Notes: generated from the letters alone by a model not told the origin. 64,000 nucleotides of DNA from the human T2T-CHM13v2.0 reference genome, Homo sapiens (GCF_009914755.1 NC_060941.1), one strand, 5' to 3'. Positions 53,433 through 63,885 are shown, numbered from the stretch's first letter. Numbers and translations are program-made.

Positions 53433-53842
53433 TCTATTAATCAATTATTGCATTGCTATAAAGAAGTACCTGAGGTAATTTATAAAGAAAAGAGGTTTAA
53501 TTGGCTTCTGGCTCTGCAGGCTACACAGGAAGCATGGCACTGCCATCTGCTTCTGGTGAGGGCCTCAGAAAGCTTCCAATCATGGAGGAAGGCAAAAGGG
53601 AGGGGCTGGCATCACATGGTGAGAGCATGAGCAAGAGAGAGAAGTGGGAGGTGCCACACTCTTAAACAATCAGATCTCATGTAACTCAGATCTCGCAAGA
53701 ACTCACTCATGATCTCAAAGACAGCAACAAGCTATTCATGAGGGATCCACCCCCCATGACCCCTCCCACCAGGCCCCACCTCCAACACTGGGGATTATAT
53801 TTCAACATGAGATTTGAGGGGACAAACATCCAAACCACATTA
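53433..53842 (-). mobile_element. MST (MSTB-like) MaLR solo LTR with 5-bp TSD GTCCC
   Basis: AAGAAAAGAGGTTTAATTGG...CCCACCAGGCCCCACCTCCAACACTGGGATTA...CATGAGATTTG; GTCCC at 53428-53432 and 53843-53847. Confidence 0.9.
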
Positions 53843-54742
53843 GTCCCTACAGATTTTATACGTGAATGAGAGGAAGGCTAAACAAAGATCAGATGGATTC
53901 TAACAATGAGGCAGACAGTGATTGATTCCACCTGGGGTGGATGAAAGAGCCTTTACAGAAGGGCCCCAAGAAGAGATGGGGAAGGAGGAACAGGCATTCC
54001 AGCAGAGCAAAAGGGAACCACGGCAGAGAAAGGCATGACTTTTTGGGGAAGAATGGCTAAAAGTGGGGAGGGTGGGCTGGAAAATATGTGTCAAACCCTA
54101 AATGTAAATCTGGGGAATTTGGGATTAATCCTGTGGGCATTGTGGAGCCATAGACGGGTTTTTAGCAAGAGGAAGACGTAAGTGAGCTGAGAATCAGATT
54201 TGGGAGGTAGGGTGGGAACCTAAAGCAGGATTCCCATCTTAAAGGATCTGGAAAGAGAACCTGGGTTTTGATCTCAACTCTGAAATGGGCTCCTGTGTGA
54301 AATCAGGCAAGATACCCACTGCTGTGGGCCTCACATTCCCCCTGTAATGCTCACAGGTTACCAGGATGGCCTCTAATGGCCCATCTGGCCATATGTCTAT
54401 GATGTGAGGGCTTCCCCTCTTCAGAGTAGACCCGGCTTCCTCTGCAGTCCTCAGCATGCCTGGCTCCTTCTCTCACCCTCCCAGCAGGCCCAATTGGCCC
54501 TCCTGCCCAGTTCAGGAATCCTGGGCACTGCCAACCCCAGGAGCCAGGCAGAGCTGGCTCAACAACTCTGGGAGGTCACGGGCAGCTGATCAGGAGGCCA
54601 TGGAGAGAAGTTGGGCCCCCGGCTCTTCCTCTCCCACTTGTACCTGGCAGCCAAGTTGGCCAACAAACAAGAAGTTGAGGAGCTTGTAACCACATCAGAG
54701 TTCGCTGCCGTTTGGCTGCTGGGCTGTGGCAAAGAAAGTGTC

Positions 54743-54834
54743 CTTGCTCTCTTCGTCTCTGTATTTCCGTCTCTGGCTCTTGCTCTCTTCGTCTCTGTAT
54801 TTCCGTCTCTGGCTCTTGCTCTCTTTCTCTGGCT
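54743..54834. repeat. 36-bp tandem repeat (2 identical copies + partial)
   Basis: CTTGCTCTCTTCGTCTCTGTATTTCCGTCTCTGGCT at 54743-54778 and 54779-54814. Confidence 0.95.
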
Positions 54835-55190
54835 CGCATTAGGCAAGTGCTTTGCCCTGGAATTAAATGAAGCTGTATGGGGGTGGGGAGGAAAAGAGAG
54901 GGAGGGGACAGCGGAGCCCAGCCTGCATGGCTCAAGTCCAAATCCTCCCTTGGCTGGGTGCCCAGGGTGGTCCTAGCTTACTGTCCACGTGGGCCAGAGG
55001 GAGGAAGAGAAAGGGGACAGCTAGAGTCAGGGCTGGCCACGGGGTGGGGGATGGAGGAAGTGTGATGCCTGAAGAGGAACTAAAGGTAGAGATTCTAGGG
55101 AAATGGGAGTAAAAAGATCTGTAAGCAGCCAGTACAGAAGGTAACCCATTTTGCAGAGAGTTGAGCTGCCCAAATAATGTTGGGCATTAA

Positions 55191-55254
55191 TGTGGGGTCG
55201 GGGTCAGGGACTGTGCACAAATGTGTGGGGTCGGGGTTAGGGACTGTGCACAAA
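55191..55254. repeat. 33-bp-period G-rich tandem duplication
   Basis: TGTGGGGTCGGGGT(C/T)AGGGACTGTGCACAAA at 55191 and 55224. Confidence 0.93.
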
Positions 55255-57169
55255 CACACTGATAAAATGTTTCATAAGCCTCCCAGTGTCTTTGGCCCCA
55301 AACGTGTGAAGTCGTATAACTGAGTATAGTAACCACGAGCGTGCATGTCACCACAGACAGGTATCTTTGGGCACAGAGGCGATGGGCCTGCTTCCTCTCC
55401 AGCCCCTTTCCTAGCTTTGCCCCAGCTCTCAAATGCCCCAGCCATGCAGAAACACTCACTGTCTCCTGATCACACCATGTCCTCCCTGAATCCAGGCTTT
55501 AAAATGTTATTTTCTGTTCTTGAAGCAGCCTCCTCCCCTCCCTTTCTTCTCCCCACTTCCCCAAACCAGCTTGTCCTTCCCTTAGTGTAGCTCAAAGTCA
55601 CCTCCTTCAAGAAGCTTTCCCATATCCTGCAGCACTCATGTCCTAGGCTGAACTAGATGCCCCTCGTTCCTGCCCCAGGGCTCCTGTGCTTCCTTCCAGG
55701 GCAGCACCCACTGCCACTGTGCATCATAATCCTATGTGTCTGCCCACTTCCCTCTCCCACACAATGGCAAACTCCTTGAGGGCAGAGGCCATCTCATTCA
55801 TCTAGCATAGCTCCAAACACACAGTAGGTGATTAATAATTCACTTAGTCAATAGCCATTAACTGAATACTCAACAGACATCAGGCAAGGGGCACATAACA
55901 AGGGTCAACGCAGATAGTGCCTGCCTTCCTGGGTCTCCCCTTTATGGGAGGAGACAGGCAAATCAAGGCGATCTGAAAGCTGCTTAGATGTGGGAGACGC
56001 ACGGCCCTGCAGGTGAACTGAATAGGGATGGGGGTGTGGGCAGTGTCAGGGAAGGTTTCAAAGAGGAAGAAATGTCCAAGGTGAGGCTGAATGACTGGAT
56101 GAGTACATAAATGCAACTGCTAGAACTGGAGTCCAAGGTCTGGGTCAGTCTAGCATCCACACTGCATCAGGGATAAATCCCTGAAATAATTATCCAAGGA
56201 GCCTCATTCTCTCTAGGAAAGAAAAGATGGGTTTCCATGTCTGAGGCAGGGCTGAGCCAGGCAGTGAAAGTTTGGGAATGGGCACACCGTGGGGCAGGGA
56301 GCCAGGCATATCCTTACATGGGGTTATATTCCTGTCTGTGCCAGTAACTGGCTGTGTGGACTTGGACCTGTCACTAGCTCTCTCTGGGCCTTGGGTTTCT
56401 TATCTATAAAAATAGGAAGGGGGTGGATTCTGAGCAATAATCTTAATGAGAACATGACCCCATTGCAGGGGGGATTTACTGTATAGTGATGACTAGGCAC
56501 TCAAGGTGCAGAGAAAAACTAAACAGAAGGAAATGTGGTCAGAACTTGAACCCTGCTTGATTCCAAAATCTCTGTTTGTTCTTTTTTTCCATGAGGCCAT
56601 ATAACCATTTCACAATGTGTCTGAGAACTTTATAAAGAAGACCCCTGAGCTGAAACGTGAAGATGGGCACGATTTTAATTGGTGGGGAAAAACACAAAGG
56701 AAGCTGGGTACAGCAGGAACAAAGGTGGGGAGGGAAGAATGAGCCTGGCATGAAGAGGAGCATCCCTCGTGATGGTGGCGGCAGGGAGTTCGGCTTGGCC
56801 TGGCTGGGGCAGAGGAGTCATGTTGGGGAATGGTAGGAGATGCAGATGTCTCTGTCCTTCAGGACTTGGTGGTGGGAAGTGGTGGGAGGAATCAGGGCTC
56901 TGGGGTCCCAGCCCAAGCCCTACCAGTCAGGATGAGGCTGACATGGCAGGTGGAGGAACTCCAGCCTCCACAAGGAAAAGGGCATAGTAAGAGTTGGGAC
57001 TGCCAAGAGAAGCATCAGGGGCATGGGCTGTGGGCTCCCAGGCTCTGGAAGATCATGGAAGTGAGGTGCCAGGCAGGGCCCTTATGGGAACACAGACCCA
57101 AGACCCAATTATCGGGACTGGGTAAAATCAAAGACCCAGTTACTGAAGTAAGTGAATATGGATAAATAA

Positions 57170-57700
57170 TCCAGTCAGTTTATTTTGTTAAGCACATATG
57201 CCAGGCACCATTCTGGGCACTGGGGATACGTTGGTGAATGGTTCATACAGAATCTTGGCCCTTGGGGAGCTTACATTCTATCAGAAGAGACAGATAGATA
57301 CACAGGCAATTCTAAAATAAAATACCAACTGCTATGAATCCAATTAAAGTAGCATAAAAGAATAAAGCAATGGAGGTAGAACAATAGTTGCATTATTTTA
57401 TATCAGCTCATCATATATCTCGGAAGGTATCTCTGAGGAAGTGGCAGTTGGGCAAAAACCTGAATGAAGTAAAGGAGCAAGGGGTTAGGGGAAAACATTC
57501 CAGGTGGAGGGAACAACAGGTACAAAGGCCCTGAGGCAGGAATGTGCTTGATATATGACTGCTGGGCGGCCTTTGTGGTGCCAGTGTAATAAAATAGAAG
57601 GGAGAAGGGGGAAGGGGGAAGAAATGAATTTGGAAAAGCAGCTAGGGGTCAAATCACATAGGCCCATAGACCTCAGTGAGCAGTTTGGTTTCAATAATAG
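57170..57700 (-). mobile_element. L2a fragment with 3' end
   Basis: ATGCCAGGCACCATTCTGGGCACTGGGGATAC...GGAGCTTACATTCTA...CATTCCAGGTGGAGGGAACAACAGGTACAAAGGCCCTGAGGCAGGAA. Confidence 0.82.
57179..57184 (-). terminator. Candidate distal polyadenylation signal (AATAAA), supplied by an L2 3' end
   Basis: TTTATT on + at the tail of a minus-strand L2; would give a ~5.2-kb gene span, consistent with my recollection of the locus size. Confidence 0.4.
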
Positions 57701-57900
57701 CAATGGTTAACCTTTACAGAGCATGCAGTGGTGCTCAGTACTGTCAGGTAATCAGTATGCATTTACTAGTATTTTAAAAGTGCCTGCTTGGGGGAGTTGA
57801 TATGATTATCTCCATTCAACAGATGAAGAAACTGAGACTCAGAGAGGTGCAGTGGTTTAAAAGAAGATGGCTGTAGAGTGAGTGATGGGGCCAGAATGTT

Positions 57901-58132
57901 AGGGTGTCCATATGTTCCAGTTTGCCCTAAATGGTCCATTTAAGACTGCTGCTCCAAAGTAATTTTTAGCCCATTTATGCCTAGTGTTCCATTATTGGAA
58001 TGCTAAGCATGTGGGAATTATTTATATCCTACCGCTCCAGGTCATTGCCAAGATCTGATTGCAAAACTTCAAAAAATTGCAACCTCAGGCATAAATGGGT
58101 TAACAGAACCCCTTTTTACTCTCAAATATATC
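57901..58132. mobile_element. MER94-like hAT-Blackjack element interrupted by MER85
   Basis: Starts AGGGTGTCCATATGTTCCAGTTTGCC and resumes after MER85 with CCCCTTTTTACTCTCAAA. Confidence 0.7.
57970..58099 (+). mobile_element. MER85 (non-autonomous piggyBac/PGBD3-family MITE), complete
   Basis: 13-bp TIRs CCCATTTATGCCT / AGGCATAAATGGG; flanks TTAG and TTAA (TTAA TSD, left copy mutated); internal palindrome GTTCCATTATTGGAAT at 57986-58001. Confidence 0.93.
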
Positions 58133-58511
58133 TTCTACCTCCAAAATTCATACGTTGAAGTTCCAACCCCAAGTAACTCAGCATACAACAATCTTTGGAG
58201 CTAACGTCTTTAAAGAGGTGAGTAAGTTAAAATGAACCATTTTCATGGGGCCCAAATCCAATATGACTAGCGTCCTTATAAGAAGAGGAAGATAAACCAT
58301 GATTCATGAACACAGAAAAATGACCGTATGTGAAAACATAGCAAGAAGGTGTCCATCTTCTAGCTAAGGAAAGAGTCCTAAGGGGAAACCAACCCTGCCA
58401 GCACGCTGATCTTGGACTCCAGCCTCCAGAACGGTGAGAAAAAAAAACTTCTGTCGTTTAAGCCATTTGGTCTGTAGTATTTTGTCACAGCAGCATGAGC
58501 AAACTAATACA
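58133..58511 (+). mobile_element. MLT1B-like MaLR solo LTR
   Basis: CCAAAATTCATACGTTGAAG...GATCTTGGACTCCAGCCTCCAGAAC...GCAAACTAATACA terminal motifs. Confidence 0.82.
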
Positions 58512-59019
58512 GTTGCCTTGCCTTCTAGGACTGGAACCCAGGTCTCTGCTTGGGAAAGCCACATGCTGGCCATCATGCTGCCCTTCACTGCTGACATTCT
58601 CCTGTCCCACAAATAGCTATTGGTGCTGGAATCTGAGCTGGGAGCTCAGCCTACAGGGGAAGGCAAAGCAGCCCAGCTGCAGGGTGAAAGTTCGACAATT
58701 GCTACAATAGCCACGTGTATGCATAACTGTGTACTAAATGGGGTGAATGTCTAACAGCATGTAGGTGTGAATCTGGGTGCTGGGGAAGGGGAACAAGAGG
58801 CTGAGCTACTCAGAACAGTACTGCAGAAAGAACACTACTTTCTCATCAGAGGTGCCTGTGTTCCCAGAGCCCCTGTGCTGGCCTCCTTCACACACTGCCC
58901 TCCCCGTGTTGAACAGCCTATTTATGCCTGGTACCCCACTGCCCCTAAACATGTCCACCCAGAAATGATAGCTTTGCTATATATGAAATCCTGGGCCCTT
59001 GCATATCACAGTGAAAGTG

Positions 59020-59265
59020 GCTAAATGGGTTACGTATCTGAGCTTTGGAATCACATATATGTGCTTTTGAGCTGTGACTCTGCTACTTTATAGCTCTATG
59101 ACCCTAGGCAAGAAACTTGCCTTCACTGAGCCTCAGTTTTCTCATCTGGAAAATGGTTATAATAACAGTACCTACGTAACAGCGTTGTAGTGAGGACTCA
59201 GATAATGCATGCAAAATGCTGGGCACAGTGACTGGCACGTAAAAAGCATGGATTCATTAACATTA
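59020..59265 (+). mobile_element. MIR SINE
   Basis: CTGAGCCTCAGTTTTCTCATCTGGAAAATGG..ATAATAACAGTACCTAC. Confidence 0.85.
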
Positions 59266-60241
59266 GTCATTAATATTACTAGGTTCTCTATATGGGTTGG
59301 TGAAAGTTCTTGAACTTCTGCCATCTGGGCCTTTCTGTCTTGTTCAACCTATGCATTCCAGTACAGAAGCATTCCATAATACTTCACACACAATTAGAGC
59401 TCAATAAAAATTTCAAAGGATTTCATAAAATGACTGAATTAACAGGCCTCCGTTTTTGCAGCTGTAAAATGAGAGGGCTAGCTTAGGAAATCTCGGAACC
59501 CCCTTGAGCTGAGACAGAGTCGGATTCCAGGATGATCCCAGGAACATGTCTTCATGATGCTCCACATTGGCTCATCTGATTGTCTCCTGATGGTAGACAT
59601 TCTGAAAAACAGAGGCATGCTGAAGGACAGATGTCACCTGGCCTATCATGAGGGCAGGTCAGGCATGGGAGGAAGTGGGTGCCAGTTTATGTATGGGTCC
59701 TTGATAAGCATCCATGTAGGGCACCGGGGCCTGGGACAGAACCCCACTTGCTGCCTGGCTTCTTGGCAGGAGGACAGGGTTCTTCCAGGCATCACCTGGG
59801 AACTGGTGACTGAGATAACCTCCAACCATTGCCAATCCTCTGTCCAGAAGACACAAACAGAATGGAAACAGCAGAGACACTACCACCTTAAGTTGATAAG
59901 GTGCTCATCTGGGATAGAAGAGTACACACATGCCAGGTCCTCTCTCCAGCCCGGGCTCCAGTTGGGGTGGCTCCTCTGACTTCCCCTTATCTAAGCTCCA
60001 GTGGCATTGCTGTTTGGGAATCCGTAACTAGGACTAACAGGTGAGACCGAGGGCAGTCTGCTGGGGTAGTAGGAAAGGCAGAGGGAATGTATAGAACCCC
60101 TTTCCAGGTAAATGACATGCAGGATTGGAATAGCTGAAACAACTGGCTGTCTACCTTGTGCCAACTGCCTTCTCTCTGAGCAGTAGGATTTACACTGCTG
60201 AGAATGACAGGTCCATGGAGCACTGCAGGTTGTAGTCATAT

Positions 60242-60247
60242 TTTATT
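60242..60247 (-). terminator. Candidate proximal polyadenylation signal (AATAAA) for C17orf102
   Basis: TTTATT on the + strand ~310 nt downstream of the minus-strand stop codon; usage not demonstrable from sequence. Confidence 0.3.
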
Positions 60248-60524
60248 CTCCAGGTGGGCTATCGGCTGCCCTTCACTTCCCTGAGGCAAGGAGGAGGAAA
60301 ATCTGGCATTTGGAGAGTCAGAGGATCATCAGGCCCATGGACTTGGCACAAGGCTTCAATCCAGGAAGGGTAGATCCATATCGGAGGTACAGGAAGAACT
60401 TGAGGCTGAAACTGTGTTCTCTAAAGATAGCAGGCTGCTCCCTCGCCCTTTCCAACCACAGGCCTCAGTCTTCTCCATAAGATGAGCAAAGTGCATGATG
60501 CCAAATCACACCACAATTGCAAGC

Positions 60525-60625
60525 AATTAGAAGCTTAGTGTCTGCCTTCCCCTCTAGAAAGTTAGTTCCATGAGGACAAGAGCTGGTTTTGTCTTGCTCA
60601 CTGTTGTACCTACAATGCCTGTGAT
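60525..60625 (+). mobile_element. L2 3'-end fragment overlapping C17orf102 exon 2 in antisense
   Basis: CTAGAAAGTTAGTTCCATGAGGACAAGAGCTGGTTTTGTCTTGCTCACTGTTGTACCTACAATGCCTG resembles the L2 terminal consensus ctagactgtaagctccatgagggcaggga...gtcttgttcactgctgtatccccagcgccta. Confidence 0.7.
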
Positions 60626-60647
60626 GTTGGAGATATGCACCATACTA
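60554..60647 (-). CDS. C17orf102: C17orf102 coding exon 2 (SSMVHISNITGIVGTTVSKTKPALVLMELTF*)
   Basis: Strong polypyrimidine acceptor ctccctccctgtctctgtccctccctttcacAG|T at 60648/60647. In frame with exon 1: 410+94=504 nt = 167 aa + TAG (60556-60554), the recalled protein length and C-terminus. Confidence 0.8.
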
Positions 60648-61897
60648 CTGTGAAAGGGAGGGACAGAGACAGGGAGGGAGGAGGAGAAACTGAATCACAA
60701 AGGAAGGTCACATAAGAGCTATGGGGTGGGGTGAGATGGGGTTGCAGAGAGAAGAATTCTATGTCTGAGTCCCTGCCCACCCTGACCAGAACACTGTGCT
60801 ATTTCCACAGATGGCTGGGAGAGATGCAACATTGCTGCCCCTCAGACCCTAGCGTCAACTGGGAACATTTGAGGAGAAAGGAAATTTGATCCACAACACA
60901 GGGTAAGGTGTGTCTTGGGCTCAGAAAAGCACCTTGTCTCTTCCTTCTGGCCATGCTCAGGCTCCATGACCCTTCTGATGGGGTGCTGGGCAGGGATGGA
61001 GGGCCCTCCCTGCTTCCTTCCTCCTCTTCCTGAAGCCCTCCTCTGCCTCAGGAGGTGGATCTTTCCCCCTTTCTCCCCCACACAGAGCCTGATTGCTAGC
61101 TTGCTTCTCAGGGGGTTGGTGAATAAGCCCTTGGGTGACATTAATTGCCATCAGGCATTAGGGGCCTAATGAGAATAATCTTCTTTGACGACTCCAGCAC
61201 CTTCTATCCCCAGGGCCTCCAAGAGCTGGCCAGCTCTCCTCAGGCTGCACCTCCCCCCAGCTCCAGACAGATGTAGGGGTGGGGGAAGGGCCAGAGCAGC
61301 CCTCTACAGGCCCCAGTACCAAGCGAGGCAGCAACAGCCAGCAGCCAGGGAGGAGGAAGCCTTCCATGAAAAATGCAAGCACATTTTCCAAAAACAAAAT
61401 GTCACCGTCCTAGATGAAAGGAAACTCTCAGGGTCAAGAGGGCTAGCATGGAGTCAGGCAGATGGAGGGCACGGTTTGAGTGCCCCAGCTGGCTTTGCTC
61501 TGACCTGGCCCCACACTCTCACTCCAGTTGAGTGCAGAGGTATGGAAGGGTGACCCTCAAGATCCATATCCTCCCCAGTAGGGATATGTCCATGGGATTG
61601 AAGACCCTGTCCCTCCAGAGCAGGGTAGGATTGAAATTCACCCTCTGGGGATTGGAGTTGATACCCAACGAAGCTATAAAATCATTGCCATGGATCCGAT
61701 GCCTGGTTGACAGATGAGGTGTGAAGGTTGACTTGCCGGGTCTGATCTAGGTTGCACTCTAATGGAAAGGGCCTGATGGTGGGAACAGATATCACTCCAG
61801 CCACCCCTCCCGCTAGTCAGCAGGTGCCTGGGTGAGTATGCAAGAGGGGCAGTTCCCCACCCCCACCTCATGCCTCTTTAAAGGCTTGCTAAACAAC

Positions 61898-62307
61898 CTG
61901 TAGGAAAGCACTGTCCCCTCCTCTTCTCCGTCTTCCTTCCCCAGCAACAGAATAAATAGGTTTCCCACAGCTGCGCCCCGGACCCATCCCGCACGAAGCT
62001 GAGCCCCAGAGCCCCCGCGGCCCGAGAGGAGCTGGGCACAGCAGCGAGGCTGATTCCCAGCCAGTGCCCAGCGAACTCTGGGGGTGGGGGTAGGGTGCCC
62101 CCTACCCGCGCCTCTGGAAGAGCGGCTGCAAAACACCTCCGGCGCCCGGTGGGGAGCGTGCATCCTTTGAAAAGGGACATCAGTGACTGCGGTGGCGTCT
62201 ACCCTGGAGAAACGCAGCTGAGGGAGGTGGAGGCTCCTCCCGCCGCAGCTGGCCGGCCCCATTCGGGTCCCAGCGCTAGCCGGCGTTGGGAAGGAAAAAT
62301 CAAACAT
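61898..62307 (-). CDS. C17orf102: C17orf102 (TMEM132E-DT) coding exon 1, aa 1-136 of a 167-aa orphan ORF; translation uncertain, often treated as a divergent lncRNA
   Basis: ATG at 62307-62305. ORF MFDFSFPTPASAGTRMGPASCGG...EEEGTVLSY matches the C17orf102 protein as I recall it. Donor CAG|GTTGTT at 61898/61897, phase 2. Confidence 0.8.
62215..62244 (+). repeat. 30-bp dispersed direct repeat, copy 1
   Basis: CAGCTGAGGGAGGTGGAGGCTCCTCCCGCC; 29/30 identical to 63856-63885. Confidence 0.95.
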
Positions 62308-63839
62308 AAAATAGGGGCGAGCGGAATCGCGAGGTCGGCCCTTGGCCCGAGTCTCATTAAGGAGCCGCGCGCGCCGCCAGGCTAGGAATGCGGAATGGAC
62401 ACGTGGACAGAGGAGGGGGAGCTAGGAGTCGGGGAGTCTCCGTGGCGCGCGAGCTGTGGGCCGCGCGCTCGGGGGCCACGTGACCACGGGGAATCTGGGA
62501 GGGGTGGGAGTGAGCGCGCCAAGCTCGGCGCCCGCTTCTGCCCGGGTGGGCGCTGAATCCCGGACGGAGGAGGAGGGCGGGCGAGCGCGAGTGTGTGTGT
62601 CTCTCTCGAGTCATTTACGGCGGAGCAGCCGGCGCGAGCGCCGAGGAGGCGGCGACGGCGGCGGCGGCTGCTTCGTGCAACTGTGGCTTCCCCCACCTCC
62701 TCTTCCTTTTTGCTCCTCGATTCTTCTTCTTCCCCCACACACGTCCATGGGGAGCCGGCTCCCCTGCCAGCACCTCCTCTCCTCTCGGCCCCGTAGGCAC
62801 CAGCTGCCGCTTCCCTGGCCGCAGGCTGCGCAGGTGCCGGCTGCCCTGGCCCCTGGCGCCGCGCCCGCGTCTCACCGCCCGCAGCCCGGACTGGCGCGGC
62901 GATCCGCTCGCCCAAACTGACTCGGAGGGAGCGGGAGCCGATGCCCGGCAGCATCGAGACAGCGGGCGAACGGGCGTCCGGGGACAGGGTGGGGGCGGCG
63001 GGGAGGAGGCGTCGGAGACTCTGAACCCCAGAAAAGTTCAAGGTTTGTGCAGGTTCCCCCAGGGAAGGCGAGGAGCGAGGCGGGGCAGCGCGCCCCTCTG
63101 CCGAGACAGCGAGACCTTAGCGGGGTGGCCCGGAGCTGCCGTGAGCTGCAGGAGCCCCTCTGCATCTTACAGCGTTTATGGTCATCAAGCTGGAGTCGAC
63201 GTCCTGGGCAGGAAGGGCTCGGGGCAGGGCGCATTAGCCGGCTTTCTCGCTCCCTCGCTTCTCCAAGCCCCATCTACATGGGGCAGCCCGTTCTGGCCGC
63301 GCCACCCTTGCCCCAGCCGCGGAGCGGCTGCCTGGGCAGGAGGCGCTGAGCCGGCCTGTGTGGAGCCTGGGCCCTGATCCAGACTGGAGAAAGCGCGCTG
63401 GAGCGGAGGAGCGAGCCTTGCGAGGGGACAAACATCTGGCCGCCCGCCTCGGGCATTCGGTCTGGGCGTCGCCTAGGGTGGTGGCGACCGGCGTCGCCAG
63501 TTTCAGCACCGCACGGAAACTTTTCCTTCTCCAGATGGATTAAAGTTGTCTGGATTTTCTCTTTCTTTGAGAAAGACAGCATTCATTTGCACCTGACCTG
63601 GGATTTTTATGCTGGGCTGCTGCAGGGGCTTGGAGGAAGAAAGCGGCGCTATCCATGTGCGGTTACTACCGAAACCGAGGAAACTGGGGATTGCGTTGGA
63701 AGTCGGCACCCTCGAGTGAGTTCGGATTCGAGCTGGGCCGTGAGGCCGGGAGATTCAGCACTGGGCTCTAGGTAGCCCCCGGGACGCCCGCGGCCACCGG
63801 GCTCCGGACTGCACGTGCAGCTCCCCCCGCGCCTCGCAG

Positions 63840-63857
63840 ATCCTGCAGGGGGCACCA
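63840..63857 (+). promoter_or_regulatory. Candidate CTCF site in the CpG island
   Basis: CCTGCAGGGGGCAC versus consensus CCASYAGRKGGCRS (one mismatch). Confidence 0.45.
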
Positions 63858-63885
63858 GCTGGGGGAGGTGGAGGCTCCTCCCGCC
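63856..63885 (+). repeat. 30-bp dispersed direct repeat, copy 2
   Basis: CAGCTGGGGGAGGTGGAGGCTCCTCCCGCC. Confidence 0.95.

Noticed and set aside
62382-63377. 219-aa (-) and 260-aa (+) ORFs in the CpG island as TMEM132E coding sequence
   Set aside because: No signal peptide or TMEM132-like sequence; long ORFs on both strands are expected in stop-poor GC-rich DNA.
63502-63522. TTCAGCACC RE1 left half-site (also at ~50192)
   Set aside because: No GGACAG right half at canonical spacing.
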